64,000 nucleotides of DNA from Acidobacteriota bacterium (lineage in GTDB: Bacteria > Acidobacteriota > Aminicenantia > JBFLYD01), in contig JBFLYD010000069.1 in the NCBI GenBank assembly GCA_040756905.1, positions 10,560 to 74,559 of the forward strand. Reading direction: 5' to 3'. The stretch's first letter is position 1; every line of letters begins with the position of its first letter. The position numbers and the translations under genes are program-made. Positions 62,137 to 64,000 of the stretch are shown here, piece after piece. A model generated the notes under the pieces. That model was not told the origin of the DNA. It worked only from the letters and a program-made list of their open reading frames with translations, and did not search any database.

Positions 62137-62892
62137 CTAAAATAATTTATCATATTTCTTCAATTTTAAATAAAAAAATACCTTTCCAATTTCAATGATT
62201 GCATTAAATATCTCAAAGAGATTAATTCTTTTTTGTTTTTTCCTATATTCAATTATCACTGGATATTCAACTATTCTCCATTCATTTTTTAACGCAATCA
62301 ATAAAAACTCTAAGTCAAAAATGTATCTTTTGCATTTAGTTTTCCTCAAGATTGAGTCTGCCAAGTCTTTTTTAAAAAACTTTATTCCGGTCTGTGTATC
62401 TGATAAATTAATTCTAAAGATAATTTTCACTACCAAATTAAATAAATTACTTAAAAACAGCCTTCTTTTTGGATAATTAATTTTAGATTCAGGGTGTCTT
62501 TTAGAGCCGATGAGAATATCAGCTCGATTTTCTTTGAAATAGTTTAAAAAAATAGGGATATTCTCAGGAACTATATCTAAATCAGAATCAATGAACCCTA
62601 CTATATCTCCCTGAGATAAAGATATTCCTTTTTTTATTGCATTTCCTTTTCCCGAATTCTTGCTTAGATGAATTATCCTTAGTCTATCTCCATAAATATT
62701 TTTCAATTCTTTCAACTCATTCCAGGTGCTGTCAAAACTTCCATCATCCACCACTATTATTTCATACTCTTGAGGGTTTACCTTCTTTATCTCTTTTTCC
62801 GCTAATTTAACTGCATTTCCTATTATATTCTGTACATTAAAAGCTGGTAGAATCAGCGAGATCTTTTTAAATTTGTTAATTGAATCACTCAT
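62137..62892 (-). CDS. GT2 polyprenyl-phosphate sugar synthase (DPM1/ArnC-like), second copy
   Basis: ILPAFNVQ..IIVVDDGSFDST..IDSDLD GT2 motifs. Confidence 0.75.
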   Translation of the reverse strand: MSDSINKFKKISLILPAFNVQNIIGNAVKLAEKEIKKVNPQEYEIIVVDDGSFDSTWNELKELKNIYGDRLRIIHLSKNSGKGNAIKKGISLSQGDIVGFIDSDLDIVPENIPIFLNYFKENRADILIGSKRHPESKINYPKRRLFLSNLFNLVVKIIFRINLSDTQTGIKFFKKDLADSILRKTKCKRYIFDLEFLLIALKNEWRIVEYPVIIEYRKKQKRINLFEIFNAIIEIGKVFFYLKLKKYDKLF

Positions 62893-63280
62893 TTAATATT
62901 TCTTTGCTTCAATGCATATTCAATGCATAATAAAATATCTTTATTTTAACAAAAAAAATTACTTTCTTTAAAGTCCAAATTATATAAATAATAAGACAAT
63001 TCTTCAAATATTCATGGTATTACTAAAGAAAGGTCATCTTATAACAATTTAACAAAAAACTATTTTAATACAAAAGCAATAAATAATTTGTAGGGCAACC
63101 CTTCAGAGCCTGCCCCGAACCTTGCCCTGAACTTGTTTCATGGGTTGATTCGGGGGTTGCTTAATGCAAGGCTAAAGCCATGCCCTGCATATCAATTTAT
63201 TTAATTCTTTTGTATTAGTAAGACTGCACCTCTATCTTATTTATTTTAATAGTTATTTTTAATAAAATAGATATTTAAAA

Positions 63281-63946
63281 ATGGTCAGAGCATTGAAGAA
63301 TTCAATTTTCATTCCATTGATATTGTTATTTTCCATTCCCATATTTTCTGAAGAATACATTGGTTCATTTGATGTGTCAAAAAACTACCTGGCTGTAGAG
63401 AAAAATGGAGTAATTGAAATTTCAAAAGCAGATGGGAAAAAAGTTCTTTCCATAAAAGGAAAAAATCCAAAGATAAAAGAATCTGTATCTGGAATTCTTT
63501 ATCTTCTCAGCGAAAATACCGATTATAAAAGTTCTTCTGTGTCGATATATAAAATTATTAATGAAAAGATAATCAGTCATGAAGTAATCTCAGAGGGTTT
63601 TCCTGGTTATAATCTTTCATCTTATTTTATTTTAAGCATAAATCAAAATCCTCTTATTACATGGGTAAATTATTCAGAGGGGATTTATAGCATATATCTT
63701 TTTGATCAAGAACAAAAATCTGCATATCTCATAACGAAATCCTCGTATCAATTATCCTCACCTAAATTATTAGAGGACATGAATGAAAATATATACATTT
63801 TCTGGCTTTCTTCAACGGGAAAAGGGGACGAGATTTGTTATACTAAATTTAATTACTCAAATAGTATCAAAATAAATAAATTAGAACAAAAGTTTTCCCA
63901 AGAAAATGTCAAATGTCAAGACCTGACTATAATATATTTTTATTAA
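63281..63946 (+). CDS. Secreted hypothetical protein
   Basis: Signal peptide MVRALKNSIFIPLILLFSIPIFSEE; no recognisable domain. Confidence 0.4.
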   Translation: MVRALKNSIFIPLILLFSIPIFSEEYIGSFDVSKNYLAVEKNGVIEISKADGKKVLSIKGKNPKIKESVSGILYLLSENTDYKSSSVSIYKIINEKIISHEVISEGFPGYNLSSYFILSINQNPLITWVNYSEGIYSIYLFDQEQKSAYLITKSSYQLSSPKLLEDMNENIYIFWLSSTGKGDEICYTKFNYSNSIKINKLEQKFSQENVKCQDLTIIYFY

Positions 63947-64000
63947 AATATAGATATAACATTGAAAATATCAAATTCCTATGCAAGGGAGAGAAAATAT

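Noticed and set aside
1-64000. CRISPR arrays, rRNA genes, prophage or defence-system genes
   Set aside because: No regularly spaced direct repeats of 25-40 nt and no rRNA-like GC-rich conserved blocks. No nuclease, helicase or integrase signatures in any ORF.

Overview
AT-rich, gene-dense window (roughly 30% GC by eye, not computed) from a diderm bacterium. Outer-membrane machinery is present: a TonB-dependent receptor, a FadL-like porin, a TolC-like channel, OmpA, and TolB-like and NHL beta-propeller proteins. Housekeeping content: the tdh-kbl threonine catabolism pair; a complete suf Fe-S operon (ArsR-family regulator, sufC, sufB, sufD, sufS, sufU) that runs straight into hypA-hypB; gatC-gatA; carA-carB preceded by a signal-peptide D-aminoacylase-like amidohydrolase; tRNA-Val(TAC) and tRNA-Asp(GTC); a clear tmRNA (ssrA); a cell-wall amidase with a GerMN partner; a DASS transporter; and an OSBS/NSAR enolase with an adjacent GNAT. 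Three accessory regions stand out. (1) A radical SAM/SPASM maturase translationally coupled to, and flanked by, two paralogous secreted NHL-repeat beta-propeller proteins, a candidate undescribed peptide or protein modification system. (2) A ~19 kb envelope glycosylation island built on polyprenyl-phosphate sugar chemistry: two ArnC/GtrB-like GT2 synthases, a small ArnE/F-like flippase, DUF2304, a CE4 deacetylase, a FemAB-like transferase, three SAM methyltransferases, and four paralogous giant GT-C (PMT_2/ArnT/TMTC-like) transferases with C-terminal TPR-like domains. (3) A ~180 nt GC-rich structured element present twice (sufB-sufD intercistronic, and upstream of the D-aminoacylase-carAB operon) with compensatory base changes that preserve hairpins. 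Smaller points: a FecR-domain protein with an extraordinary Tyr/Trp-rich low-complexity domain, hypA apparently initiating at ATT, apparent homopolymer-length frameshifts in ogt and a UPF0104 gene, a decayed sigma-54 activator remnant, and a GC-rich candidate small RNA near 63.1 kb. No CRISPR arrays, rRNA, transposases or integrases were seen.
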